Source of the DNA: the human T2T-CHM13v2.0 reference genome, Homo sapiens | DNA: 64,000 bases | Direction: 5' to 3' (one strand) | Assembly (NCBI RefSeq): GCF_009914755.1 | Contig: NC_060935.1 | Shown: positions 26,258 through 39,109 of the stretch, in pieces | Layout: each line of letters opens with the position of its first letter | How positions within the stretch are numbered: the first letter of the stretch is position 1 | Made by a program: the position numbers and the translations under genes | Notes under the pieces: generated by a model | Told to the model about the DNA's origin: nothing | Database searches by the model: none | What the model saw: the letters and a program-made list of their open reading frames with translations, nothing else

Positions 26258-26761
26258 TAGGGTGTAGGAACTAAAATTAAGGCTCAATATTACGTGCTGC
26301 CTTAAAATCTGATAAAATCATGCAGGCCTTGAATGGCCTAAATACAAGCTGTCCTTCCCATTCTGCCTCTGTAGATAAGGTCCCTTGGTCAAACACTCTT
26401 CTTTATCAAAGGGACTAAGTAAAATTTCTGCTTATTCCTCATTAGTATGCTTCAGTTCCCTGCCCTCCTGCAAAATTATTCAAACAAGCCAATCACATTG
26501 TCTCATGAGAACCAGGGGACACTCTACCCTCTTGGAACTACAAAGCTGGCCTTTCATAGTAGTTATTTGCTTTACTCCCAAGTGTAACTCCTATATGGCC
26601 CTGTGTGGTATCCTTCTCCCCTGGACTTTGTGTATACATGACTAATAAACTGCTGTCCATCTCGTCTATCCAGTGTGGGTGTCATGTGGTCAGCCAACCC
26701 TACAGTGCTACGGTGGGAATCCCTCCCTCACCAACAGGGTGAATAAGAAGCAATTAAAACA
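26258..26761 (+). mobile_element. ERVL-class solo LTR (LTR53/MER73/MER54-like)
   Basis: ctaaaattaaggctcaatattacgtgctgcctt...agccaatcaca (CCAAT)...actaataaactgctg (polyA signal)...attaaaaca; 5-bp TSD gtgcc (26253-26257 and 26762-26766). Confidence 0.8.
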
Positions 26762-26768
26762 GTGCCAA

Positions 26769-27066
26769 GGCTGGGCGCGGTTGCTCTCACCTGTAATCCC
26801 AGCACTTTGGGAGGCTGAGGCAGGCGGATCACAAGGTCAGAAGATCGAGACCATCCTGGCTAACACGGTGAAACCCCATCTCTACTAAAAATACAAAAAA
26901 TTAGCCGGGCGTGGTGGCGGGCGCCTGTAGTCCCAGCTACTCAGGAGGCTGAGGCAGGAGAATGGCATGAACCCAAGAGGCAGAGCTTACCGCGAGCCGA
27001 GATGGCACCACTGCACTCCAGCCTGGGCGACAGAGTGAGACTCTGTCTCAAAAAACAAAACAAAAC
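26769..27066 (+). mobile_element. AluY SINE
   Basis: Y diagnostics gatcgagaccatcctggctaacacggtg and ggagaatggc; (CAAAA)n tail; TSD aaaacagtgccaa on both sides. Confidence 0.97.
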
Positions 27067-28649
27067 AAAACAGTGCCAAGCATGCAAACTTTAAATTGGA
27101 GTAAGTTCAAAGACAGTATATTTTGGAGTCAAAGGCAGTATATTTTGGAGTCGGCCACCTCTGTGTACCTCAAATTATGGAAGAAACATATACCAGAGCT
27201 TTTACCCATGAATTAAGGAAAGCATTGGCATCAAGGTTCTCCCAGTACCACAACTGCATTGGTGAGTTTTTTTCTGGAATGCAACTCATAGGGTGAAAGG
27301 CAAGAGGAACAGCTGACTTTGTGTTCCACTACCCTAGTGAGCTTACATGAAACAAATCTTCTAGTTCTCTCTGACATTAGTAGCAAAATGTAATATGTCC
27401 ATTCTCAGCAGCATTCTATGATGCATGTGGCTTTTCCTGGGAGATCAGAGAGGCTCCAGGGTTATGAAAGTGGAAGCAATGCACATTTTTTTTGTGTGAC
27501 TGTAAGTGAACATCAGTGCTTAGTTATAAGCATTGGGGAGTTGTCCAGTTGCTGATTTTGGCTTTAGTGGAATACTTCCATTGGATGCTGCATGACCAGA
27601 AATGTCTAAATGAATCAATCGTATGGAGTGAAGTTATGATTTCATGAATGGGACAGTAAGAGAAGATACCTAAGGGGGTGCCCAGCAAACGTTTGTTGTG
27701 TGAGTGAAGCTTTAGCTGAGGAAAACTACTAATGTTATGTCCAGCCCCTTTTACTCATTCATATAAATGAAAAGGTATCGTTGCAAACTTAGAAGTTTCT
27801 GCCTCCAAAAAGATGATTAAGAGTGTACTTCATTTAAGAGAAACTGAACTGATGGTCAGGAAGGCAGAATTGAATTGTCAATATAATCATTGTGTTAATT
27901 CAGTATTTGTCCAATCTATGTCTCATATGTGAGTATGCATTGCAAGGAAAATGCTAAATCATTTCAATCAGTTAAAAGGAATTGTGCTGTTTCCACCTCT
28001 TGCCTATTCAAATAGAAATATCTGGGCAATGATGATATTTAAATTATATATAATTTGAAAAATATGTTTCTAAAGAATATCTACCTCTTTATATTATTTA
28101 TTGGGATGCTAGTGATATTTCTAGCTTTGCATTATTCCCAAAATCAAATTCCAAAGCTTTTGGAAAAAAAAACTATTCAGGATAAGCTATATGGTTATAG
28201 GAAACATAAATTCAAGAAAATAGAGTATTACCTATATCAGTGAATATATGCATTAATCTAGTTTATTTTGTGTAGGAATTGTTTTGAAGAGGATTTCTAA
28301 TTGAAGGTGGATTTGGATTTATTCTCTTGGTATTATTCAACAAAAACTAATATTGCATTGGTTCAGATAATTTCTCAGGATATTAAAAAGGAAACTAATG
28401 AAATAAATTGAGTCAACATCTAAAACATAAATGCTTTGTACTTGGTGTTCTAGTTCTCTTAATTACTGTACTTTATTTATTCTCTCCTTTGTGAGATTTC
28501 AGAGCAGTGAGGCTTTAAGTTGCTGTCTAGAAATTAGAAAAACACCAGATATTTGAGTTGTGTGGCCAGTGGGACACTGCAGCAAAAAGACTATTCGGAA
28601 TAAGTTTATTTTTAAAAAGCACTGCTATCTTAAAATCTGCATCTTTAAA

Positions 28650-29085
28650 ATGGTAATAAAAATTATTGTTATAAAATGGATCGATTTTTGTGAAAGCACA
28701 CATAAAGTATAATTTAGAAAATTAAAGTTTCCTTTAATTTTACTCCATAGAGATAATCATTTTAATTACTTCATATGTATATTTTTTAGATTTTTAAAAA
28801 ATAACATTTAACTTGCTTACCTAGAGAAATTGGGTAAGACTATATATATGTTCTTAAACGTGGTCTTTTTTTTACTTAACCATACATTTAGACATCTTCA
28901 ATGTCAGTACACATAGATTTCATTCATTTTAATATAGTAAGAATGCTCTATACCATAAACCCTGCTTTTGTTAGTGAACACTATCAGATTGTTTTCCATT
29001 TATCATCATTTCCAACATTATTACAATGAATAGTCTTTTTCACTTATGAGAACACTTCTGTGAATTAAAATTCTTGGCATGGATA
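28650..29085 (-). mobile_element. Ancient L1ME-like fragment
   Basis: ccatagagataatcattttaatt...gacatcttcaatgtcagtacacatagatttcattcattttaat. Confidence 0.5.
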
Positions 29086-29099
29086 TTATAGATTTAATA

Positions 29100-29350
29100 G
29101 TAATAGCAGTAGCCATTGGTAACTCTTGGGTCCTTATCACAGTGCCAGGTTTGCTGCTGAGCACATGCAGTGCTCAGCACTTTTTAATCCTTACAACAGT
29201 CCTGTTAGGAGGTGTATTTTTTATGTTTCTCCATTTTACCACTGAAGAAAATAAGGCTTAAAAAGATTAAATTGCTCCCCAAAGTCATCTAGCAGGTGAG
29301 AAACTAAATCCAGACTCCAACACAGGTCGTTCTGACTTTCCAGCCTATCA
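29100..29350 (-). mobile_element. MIR SINE
   Basis: gtgccaggtttgctgctgagcac...taatccttacaacagtcctgttagg...ctccattttaccactgaagaaaataaggc. Confidence 0.8.
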
Positions 29351-30106
29351 CTGTCCTGGCCCCATCACATGCCAGCACCACAATTAGAATTGCTCCATCC
29401 ACATGCTTTCTCTTTTCTCAGCTCCGCATCCCTCTCAGCTCTGCAGTTCTGGCAGCCCAATACAGTAACCTCTCAAAACCTCTTCCTTTGCCCTCATGCC
29501 TAGAGTCAGGCCTGAGCAGCCAGTCTCTCTCTCTCTTTTGTGCCGACACCCTTCCTCAACTACATATTCGCCTCCGTTCCTGACACTGCATTCCTGGCAA
29601 ACAGTGCAGCATCCCTAAGTCTGAGAAAGCGAGAGGGAAAGTTCCTTCTAGGTTTCTGGGATTTATAACACCTTTGCTGTCAGCCAGCAGATTCCAGCTG
29701 ACCAGCAGTCTCAGAAGCAGTCACAAAGAGCAGTTATCATCGTAAATCAAGAAGGGAAAGGCAAGAAAAATTACTGCATGTACAATATGAAAAGAGTCAT
29801 AGGTGCTCTTTGGTGTTTTGAATTACACTGGCACAGCTAGTTATTGGGAGCAGCTAAATAAATAAACTGAGAGATGTTGGCATTGTCATTTGGTAAAATG
29901 CATCACAGAAAACCACCATAGTGCTGATGCTTGGACAAGCTAAGTGAACTAGAGTGTACAGGTAACACAGTATTTGCACAGGCCCTGGGCAATCTGGAAG
30001 GAGTGCATTTGTCTGGAATTTTGCACATGTCCATCATACCCTGACTGCTTTCATAATCTTTCTGTACTTCACCTATCAAACACATCTTTTTTTATCTGTT
30101 ATTTCT

Positions 30107-30264
<158 letters not shown>

Positions 30265-32913
30265 TTTTTCTGTTATTTCTAAGCAAAGCTGTTTTCTAAC
30301 ATATTTTTGTGTAGCTCTCTGTCTACTAGACTGTGAGATCTCTGTGGGTATGTATCCTATCTCATTTATCTTTTATCCTCACCTATATTTTCCTCTATCC
30401 TTTTTTCCATCCTTTCTTTTATCCCTGTTTATTAAACACCTCTTCTATGCCAAGCACTGCCAAACACATCATATCCCTGGAGGTACAATGATATGCGTGT
30501 AAGGTACAAACTCTCACTAGGTTTACAGTCTAATGAAAGTGTCAGATAACCTAGATCATTGCATAGTATCTGGCACAGAGAAGACACTCAGTAAATGCCC
30601 ATTTATTGCATTTATGTATTAAATTCTTCAAAATAAGCAAACTGATTCTTAGGATTATTAACTGACTTGCTCAGTCACTGGTAGAACTCAAGTTGCAATT
30701 ACCAGGTCTGCCATAATGCCATTTCCCACTAGATTGCCCACTAGTTATTATGATTGTGGTACACTCACATGAGGGTGCTATGTCACATGTCACAATCAGT
30801 GTTAATGATGATAAGAATTAGCCTGTGACACAAGTAAGTGGTCAAGGGCTGAGTCCCTTCAGTTTTCCAATGTGAGCATCTGCATGAATTTTCTAATCCA
30901 TTATCCTTTGTCCAAAGGTATGTCTTCTTCTTGGCATAGGATCCGCAAATTGGCCTTCTGTCTATGCTATCTATGTAAATTATGAAAATAATTATTCCTA
31001 TTTCACAAATTCCATGGTGCTGTTTTCCTCCTTAGCAGTTTTATGTTTTCTCTTATTTTATATTTTATTTACTTTCTTATGCTAGAATTGTTACCATAAA
31101 GCAAATTTTTCAGTTTAGGCACATTTAAATTATATTTAGACTATTTCCTAGTGTTTGACTATATTATAAGTAAAAGAAAAACCTCTGGGAGATACTGCTT
31201 AAAGAATGTCATTGATAAGAGTGCCCATTTGCACGAGGTGGATAAATGCAGGTACAGCGTGCAACTCAAAATCGTTCTGGGAAAGGGCGATGATGAAAAA
31301 CTACTTCAGAACAATGGAATATAGCCTTCATTAGGCCTCCTCAGGGAAGGCAAAACAGAGCTTTAAAACATTGGATGATGGAAGATGATAATGACGATGC
31401 ATCAGTTTTATCTTATGTAAATTACTGAAAAAAATCAAATCATTTAATCTTAAACCCACAGCTTATTGTTTGTAAGTTAGATGAGAAGGACTGAGTCACT
31501 CTTGCTTTCTCTCCACAGAGTAATAACTGTAAATCTCACTCTATATGTTCGCTTCTACGCTGCATCTTCAGCTAATAACCACCATTAATAATATTCTGCA
31601 ATCAGGCTGCAGGGTTGTTAGATGGTTACTGTAGTGGGTCTGTAGGTGAACTGAATTTATTTTTTCATAAAGAAGTTAATTGGACAAGTAATTTTTGGGC
31701 GATGTCTTTGGAAATGTGTGCATTCTCAGAGTGTGTGAATGTATGTGGCACACATATGTATTTGTATAGCCTAGCAGTTTACTCAGTACACACTTTTTAG
31801 AAAACAAGATTTTTGGGTTAAAGAATATTGAGTTAAGCTTATGTGTGGGAACCTCTAAGGAAAAACAGGTCATTTTAAATATTTTGTTGACTTCAAATCA
31901 AACAGTTCTACAAATTAAAAAGAAGCTTGGCATGTGCCGTGGTAGACAATAATGTAATGAAAACAGGCCATTATTTAATTTAAACCCCTGGGAATTCTAG
32001 TATTGGTTTATATATGTGTCCAATACTTTCTCTCTGAAAATGGTGGCACAGTATAGGTGTTAAATAAATGCTGAAGATTAAAGACTTCTGCATATGTGCC
32101 CTCCGCCTCATTTGCTTATTGACAGATTTCATTTTAAAAGACCTTAGGGAGACTGAAGTGCCCCAAGCGCCCTGAACAAAGTCTGGAAGACAGTTGTCTG
32201 CAAAGTCATGCTTCTCTAGAGACAGGAAAGGACCAGACTATAGCTGTATTTAGACTATTGGAATAATTGGACTGCATATTGATAGAATGGCTTATTTTAA
32301 TCATCTTAATGAGGTACCAAATCCAATAGATTACACAGAAACGAAAGGGCCTAAATACCAAGTTAGTGTCTGAACAGCTAATTCTATGGGGATGTATACA
32401 TTATGTGAATGAAAATATTTGTCTGCATCTTTCTCATCACACACACAAACAAATACAGTTACAAATTCATATACACTAAATACCATAAGTCCCATGGGAA
32501 TTATATCAGCTGCTAGAACAAACCAGAAAGGCATGGAAACAGTGCTCAATTGCAAAGAATGAAACACCAGCTTTTATGCAGCCTAAGAATTGTAGTATGT
32601 TAAAACAACCCCTAATGATTTGATGACAGGACTTCTGATTGGGCAACTGGGTAATTTGCAACCTTATCAAAACTCTGTGAATCTTTTTCTAGATTAATGC
32701 TGCTCATGAATAGATAATTCTGAGCATATTCTGCATGCAGGAAATAGAAAAGGGTAAAGCCATGAACCTAGATTTCATACAGAGAGCTATACATGAACAA
32801 AGGAATTTTTAGGTTGGCACTGTACACTATAGGTAGGAGATATGGGAAAAATATGAATAATTTCCATGAATTCCTCTAAGGACTCATATGTGAAATAGAG
32901 GAGAGGCTGCTGG

Positions 32914-32915
<2 letters not shown>

Positions 32916-32945
<30 letters not shown>
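32916..32945. repeat. T30 mononucleotide tract
   Basis: 30 consecutive T. Confidence 0.95.
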
Positions 32946-32946
<1 letters not shown>

Positions 32947-34269
32947 GTAGACTCATCTTTGTTTTGCTTTAATTTGCTCTCAGAATAAAACACAGCAGAA
33001 TTGTCCTTTAGGGGGCTTTTACTATGGATTGGTTAGTTACTTTATTGACTGTGTATTAACACTCTCTGAACTACGTGTTCTGCCTGTTTTTTTACTAAAT
33101 TATACTTTCCAATCTAGGCAGATGGTGGTGTCTGCTTTGGAGGCACATTTTGTTGTCCTTTTTTTTTACACGTGTCTGCTATTTCCTGGGGTCATGTCCA
33201 TCTCATATTTTAGTAGTCAACAATGAAAGATTAAATTACAAAGTACAGGGAAAAGAATGTAGGATTTCATTTCGTTCATTTATTAATCCCTTAGTTAATT
33301 CTATAAAGCATTTATTTGTGTCAGATACTGTAATTAAGTGCAATTTTAAAAAATCCCAGATTTTTTATGCTCTCTCTTAGACCTGCCCAAATGATTCCAT
33401 CCGTATCTCCAGAATTAGTTACTGCAAGAAATTTGGTTTCCTCCAGACATTTCCTCATGTTTTTCTCTATTGTATCTTCCACTCTATTCTCTAAGTCTTT
33501 GTCTGGCTTTGCATGGCTAAAAGCCCATTCAAATGATTTTTCTGAACACAACAGCTTTCTTTTCACAGAGGTGAACTCTGATCCTTACCTTTCTGGGCAC
33601 CAAGAATTAGAGGAGGGTTTGAAATTATTTTTCCCCTATATCCTGCCAAGATCTTGCTCAGTGTCCCACTCTCATCTGGTTCCTACTAGCAATCATTTCA
33701 TTAAATGGAAAGCTTTTCTCAAATATTGGGGAGCCTAACCCTGATTGGATAAGGGAGAAAGAGGCATGAAAGAACAAGGGAGAGGAAAAGGCAGAGTTTA
33801 AAAGGGTCATTGTCTTTTTGCAGAAGAAACATCTTCTGCCCCTTATTCAGGACAGCTAAGAGCACTGGTTCCTCCAGAATGGGGTCCCCACTTAGTAATC
33901 GTTTAGAAGCAATCCTGAGGGTGTTGCTGTAGCTTGGTTTAATCTGTTTCATATTATTTTTTTCAAAGTAGGCAGATATAGGAACTGGGTCTCTGGAGGG
34001 TAATCCATGCCTTCCAAGAGGGCCATGCAGGTGATGTTTTTCTATCAAACCAAGGAGGTTGGTAGCTGCTCACTTCTAGCAGCACAGGAAATAAAACATT
34101 TGCAGGCTGGATGTTGCTATTACTATTCTAGATATCAGAGAAAAAGTTATAATCTTCTGAAAAGCATAATTTTTTATCTATTACATTTGAATTCTATAAC
34201 TGAGTGCCTTACATATTGTCTGATCTAATCTCATTTTACGGAAAGAACTGAATCCCACAGATGTTAGCA

Positions 34270-34525
34270 GTAGCCTGTATTATTGAGCACGTCCTTAGCG
34301 TCAGACATACAGATATAATGTACTCTAGAGATCTTTTAACTCTCGCAACAACCCTAAACTCTAAAAAGTAGGTTCCTTGGGATTGCCATAATATATTGAT
34401 AGATAAAGAGGCAAAAGCAAAAGGTTAAGTAACTTGCACAAAGTCGTACAATCTAGAAAATGGCAGAGACTTGAACCTAGATCTTAATGGCTCCAAAGCC
34501 CATGCTCTTAACCTCAATGTTAAAC
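34270..34525 (-). mobile_element. MIR SINE
   Basis: aggttaagtaacttgcacaaagtcgtacaatctagaaaatggcagagacttgaacctag...ctccaaagcccatgctcttaacc. Confidence 0.85.
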
Positions 34526-34606
34526 TGTATAATCTAATAGGGTTATTATAGCTCCCAGTTCTTATGACCCTACCTTCTAATTCTCTCTCAAATCCATAGT
34601 CTGGAC

Positions 34607-35375
34607 TAGTGATTCTCAAACATGAGCATGCACCACAGTCATCTGGAAGACTTGCCAAACACAGGGTACTGGGTCTGTGGTGGACAGACTCTAAGGTGGC
34701 CCCCACGATCCCTGTCCCTTGGTGTGCACACCTTGGTATAATCCCCTTCTCTTGTGCAAGGGATCTGTGTCTTGTTTCTAAGCAATAGAAAATAGCAAAG
34801 GTGATGGGGTGTCACCCTTACGATTACAATAGCTTATATAAGACTCTGACTTGCTAGCAGATTTATTTCAGAGAGTCTTTGCTGGATGGATGGAGTAAGT
34901 AGCCATGCTGAGCAAGCTCATGCAGCAAGGACCTGCAGGGCAGCCTCCAGATGACAGCCAGCAAGAAGCCAGGGATCACAGTCCTATAACCACAAGTGAA
35001 TTAATTCTACCGGCAGCCTGAATAAGCTTGTAAGTGATTCTTCCCATGTTGAACTTCCAGAAGAGAACACAGCCTGTCTGACACTTTGATTGCAGCCCTA
35101 TAGAACCCTGAGGAGAGGACTTAGCTAAGTGGTACCCAGACTCCTGGCCCATGGGAACTATGAAATGATAAATATTTTCTGTTTTAAGCTGCTAATTTTG
35201 TAGCAATTTGTTACACAGAAATAAATAACTAGCACCGCCCCCCCCCCCCCCCCGCCCCCCAACCAGCCCTGAGTTTCTTACTCAGTAGACCTGGCACAAT
35301 AATTTGTACTTATAAGAAGATTCCAGAGGTCAGTGATGCTACTGGTCCAGGGACCGCACTTTAAGAATCAGTTCC
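34607..35375. mobile_element. MER5A hAT MITE split by an MLT1 LTR (halves about 34607-34675 and 35235-35375)
   Basis: tagtgattctcaaacatgagcatgcaccacagtcatctggaagacttg... and ...gtgatgctactggtccagggaccgcactttaagaatcag. Confidence 0.8.
34677..35234 (+). mobile_element. MLT1F-like MaLR solo LTR
   Basis: tgtggtggacagactctaaggtggccccca...gacagccagcaagaagcc...ttttaagctgctaattttgtagcaatttgttacacagaaataaataact. Confidence 0.88.
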
Positions 35376-35584
35376 TAGATGTAGAGAATCCCATTATATC
35401 CTACTTGTCCTCCCTATACTTTCAAGTTTCCCTCCTCTGCCTAGAACCATCCCCCAGGCTCCTTTTGGATTAACTTCTGATCTCTCTTTAGATAAACTCA
35501 TACTTACCTTTCAGTTTAAGTGTTATTTGCTCAGCAAAGCCTTCTCCCACCTCAGCCTGGATGAGGAGTCTTTGTTACACACTG

Positions 35585-35870
35585 ACTAAAAGCACGGGCA
35601 CTGAAATCCACCTGCCTGGGTTTGAATTTCAGCTCTGCCACTTACTAGCTGTAAAATCATGGGCAAATTTATTAACCTTTCTATGTCTCCATTTCCTCAA
35701 CACTAAAGTGATAAGCACAGGTTACTTCATAAAACTAGGAAAGTTAATATCTTCCATATTAAAATTGGGTGATAGTAGTAGCTTACTCCATCCACCTAGG
35801 AGAGTCAAATAAGGTAAGTGCATAGTACTATGCCTGGTGAGTAAGTTCTCAGTAAATGGTGTTGGTGGTG
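35585..35870 (+). mobile_element. MIR SINE
   Basis: ctgcctgggtttgaatttcagctctgccacttactagctgtaaaatcatgggcaaatt. Confidence 0.85.
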
Positions 35871-35884
35871 GTTGCATTTTGTGT

Positions 35885-36105
35885 TGATGTTACTCTTGTG
35901 ATCTCTCATAGACGCATTTACTTCACTGCTTAGAATTCTGCATTTGTTAATGTGAATGCTTATCTCACTTTCTAGATGATAAATTCCATGAGAATGAGAA
36001 CCATGCCCACTCTTGCTTCTCATGTTAGCCCTAGCACTTAGGGCAGTACCTGGCAGAACAGGAATAGTAAAAAATTACAATATATATTTGATGAATGAAT
36101 GAATA
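35885..36105 (+). mobile_element. L2 LINE 3' end
   Basis: ctagatgataaattccatgag...ccctagcacttagggcagtacctggc...atttgatgaatgaatgaat. Confidence 0.75.
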
Positions 36106-38001
36106 CTCTCAGGGCTAGAGCCACACTCTGGAGGCCTATTCCCGATCATTATGCATTTTTTCCATCTGGTTGGAATGCACTTTCCTCTGTATTTAGTCCC
36201 CGAATGTACTTATCCTTTCGCCCTGCTCTTCACTCAATTGTGGTGAGATCTTATGGAGAGTCTGTTAGGTTGGTCCTTGGTCTGGGATTGCAGTGGCCTC
36301 TATACGATAGTTTGTTTTTGCCATGGAACATAGAGGAGAGTTGGTCATGGATAATTGTACTTGGGTACAAATTTTTAAAAAAGTACAAAAAAAAGCAAAA
36401 CATCTTTGCTTTTTGAGATTTTCCTTCTTACTTTAATATCTTTCCAAATTTATAACACCTACCAGATGCTAATAGGACATCATTGCTCTATATCAAACTA
36501 TATTAGTTCCTCTCTGAGATGAAGAAGGGTGTATCCAGAACTCAGCTACTGTTTGTCGGGCTGGACGGAGTAGGGGAAAATACATTATGACACAGCTCTC
36601 TGCAGAAGGCTGAAAAGTAGCTCAGTTCCATTCTTGATTCCAAAAAGTTAAATGAGTTTTCGTAGTTTTTTTCTTTTTCTTTTTTTTTTTTTTTACTTTC
36701 TCCCATGAGCAGCGAAAGAGGCAGCTCAGAAAACTAGTCTGCAGGGTTCTCTGGAGATGTTTTCCCTCCCTACCCCATTTCATTAACCTTTCTTCTGAAA
36801 CTACTTTTGAATGTCTGGGTTTAATTAAGAGATTCTGCATGCAGTATGGAAAGAGCCCATCTCTCCTTTTGGCTTATTCCTTCATCTGATTTGGGTTGAA
36901 AATATACTTTTTTAAGAATTAGTTATAATTGTTTTTGACAAAAGAAATAGCTCTTTTTTATGTCTGCAAATCCTTAATGCTGGCTTATATGCAGCTAATG
37001 ATGATAGCCATCGGCATAATCAGTTCTAATGGTCTCTACTGTCTTTCTAGCTTTGCATATAGGAATGTAATTCAAATTTCAGAAAGGCTGGGGCTGAATG
37101 GCTCTTTGTTCTGCATTTAAAATATTACTACAGTGTTCACTGGAAAGAGGTCTGTTATTACAAACTGGATTTGAGTCTCAACTTTACTTTGTAGCTCTGG
37201 GAACCTGGGTAGATTCTTGAGTTCTCTTAGGCTGTCTCCTCTCCTTTCAGATAACTTCCTGAGAAGTGGAGACTATCAAAAAACATTGTGTATGAAAGGA
37301 TTTTGTATGCTGTAAAGTGGTGGGGTTTTTGTTTGTTTGTTTTGTTTGTCTGCTTGTTTTTTGCTGTTGTTGTTGCTTTTACCTAGAAGTGATTATTATT
37401 TCTAATTCAAATCATCCTCCCAAAGATTTTTTTTGAATTTCTTTGGATGTTGCATTGAAGGAAAAAAGCTCAATTTTTATCCTGAGTTTTAAAAAATTAG
37501 ACAGTAAAACCTTAAATTGGTTAGCAGTTGCAGTTTATAAAGCATTCATAGAATTCATAAAACATTTTCTCACACATTAGCCTGTTCCCAGTCTTCTGGA
37601 GGAAAGGGGCTGCTGATCTTGCTAGGCAGCTTGATGTATATATTTCATTTAATCCAGAAACCTTACAAGATAGCTAAAATTAGCTTCACTTTTTAGATAG
37701 GAAAACTTAGGATCAAGGTCCAAGGTCATAAGGTTTGAACTCCCATCTTTATAATTCATCATTTCCTTGACCTCGGTGGCATAATTCTCTTCTGTGAAGA
37801 GGATTGTAAATAAAACAGTTAGGGGCCTTGAGTTTGCCTAGAGGACCATTATTGAAATTCTTCTTTCAAATCTTAACGTTTCCCTATGTTAGCAGAGAAA
37901 AATGGGATTAGGAAGGACCTTTAATGATTGATTCCTCTACTTAGATGTCAAGAAAGGCCATTGTAACCACAGCAAAGATTTAGCACTCAAGTACTCTAGC
38001 T

Positions 38002-38226
38002 TAGTGACTCTCAGCTGGTGCCAATTCTCCCTTCCTCCTGTCCCTAAGGGACATTGGCCTATATCTGGAGCCATTTATTTGCCACAACTGGCCAGGTACT
38101 ATGGGTATCTAATGGATAGAGACCAGAGATGCTGCAAAACCTACTGCAATACACAGGAGAGCCCTACCTTTCACACAAAGAATTGTAAGTCCCAACATAT
38201 TAATAGTGCTCAGCTGAGAAACCTTG
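38002..38226. mobile_element. MER20 hAT-Charlie MITE
   Basis: agtgactctcagctgg...gggacattggc...tctaatggatagagaccagagatgctgc...aatagtgctcagctgagaaaccttg. Confidence 0.88.
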
Positions 38227-39033
38227 TGGGAAGAATCAGGAAGGCTTCCTGGAGAATGGGGATACTACAACTGGGATTTTGAAGATAATTTAAAATTCTC
38301 CAAGCAGACAATGGAAGGAAAGGCATTCCAGACAAAGAGTATGGCATTTGAAAAAGTATAGAGGCCTGAAATAGTGCTGTATATGTAGGAATTTCTGGGC
38401 TCTTTGGCATTGCTGTAGCATTTCTGGGAGGAGCAGTAGGGGGATGACATTAGAGCAATGTGTTGAGTTTCTTTTCTCCAACAGTAATTCACATTAAGAG
38501 TAGAATTGTAAATTCGTTTTGTTCCTGAGGATAATTCTTTCTGCTAGACAACCTGTGACCATTGTCACCAGTTCTTAAGAGAGTCATGCAGAGACTACTC
38601 TTGATCGATGATACAGGTGGGTAGCCTGGCCATGGCTCTTGACAGACCTGTGCTTATTTTCTTTCAGTGGGCACCTATAAGGATTGAACCACAGGAAGGT
38701 GATGTACCACCCTGAGCTGAATACTTCCTCACTAGCTTTTTTGTATCCACAGCCCCTGTATCCATCTGCGTGGTCTATATTCCAAAGTAGTTTGATGGGG
38801 CAGCATGCAGAAGTGTGTTCTTATGCAGTAATATAGTGGTACTCAGTGTGTTCTTATGCAGTAATTGCTCTCCAGCCAAAGCAATTTGCTAGACCTAGGT
38901 GATTCTGAACTAATTTGTAATTATATATGTACTCCTATTACAGAAGATTGCCCTCCTTTGTGTTTTAACACAGCTTCAATTTGGTTAAAATAATCCTATT
39001 TAATGAATGCTATTCATCAACTATATATATATT

Positions 39034-39102
39034 TCCATCCATCCATCCATCCATCCATCCATCCATCCATCCATCCATCCATTCATCCATCCATCCATCC
39101 AT
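39034..39102. repeat. (TCCA)n tetranucleotide microsatellite, about 17 units
   Basis: tccatccatcc... with one ttca interruption. Confidence 0.97.
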
Positions 39103-39109
39103 GCTCACT

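Noticed and set aside
31285-31432. Possible C/D-box snoRNA (atgatga at about 31290, ctga at about 31426)
   Set aside because: No terminal stem, no recognisable rRNA-complementary guide, and the boxes are short enough to occur by chance.
38812-38865. Repeat-spacer-repeat resembling a mini CRISPR
   Set aside because: Only two repeats, a 12-bp spacer, a eukaryotic context and no cas genes. Local duplication explains it better.
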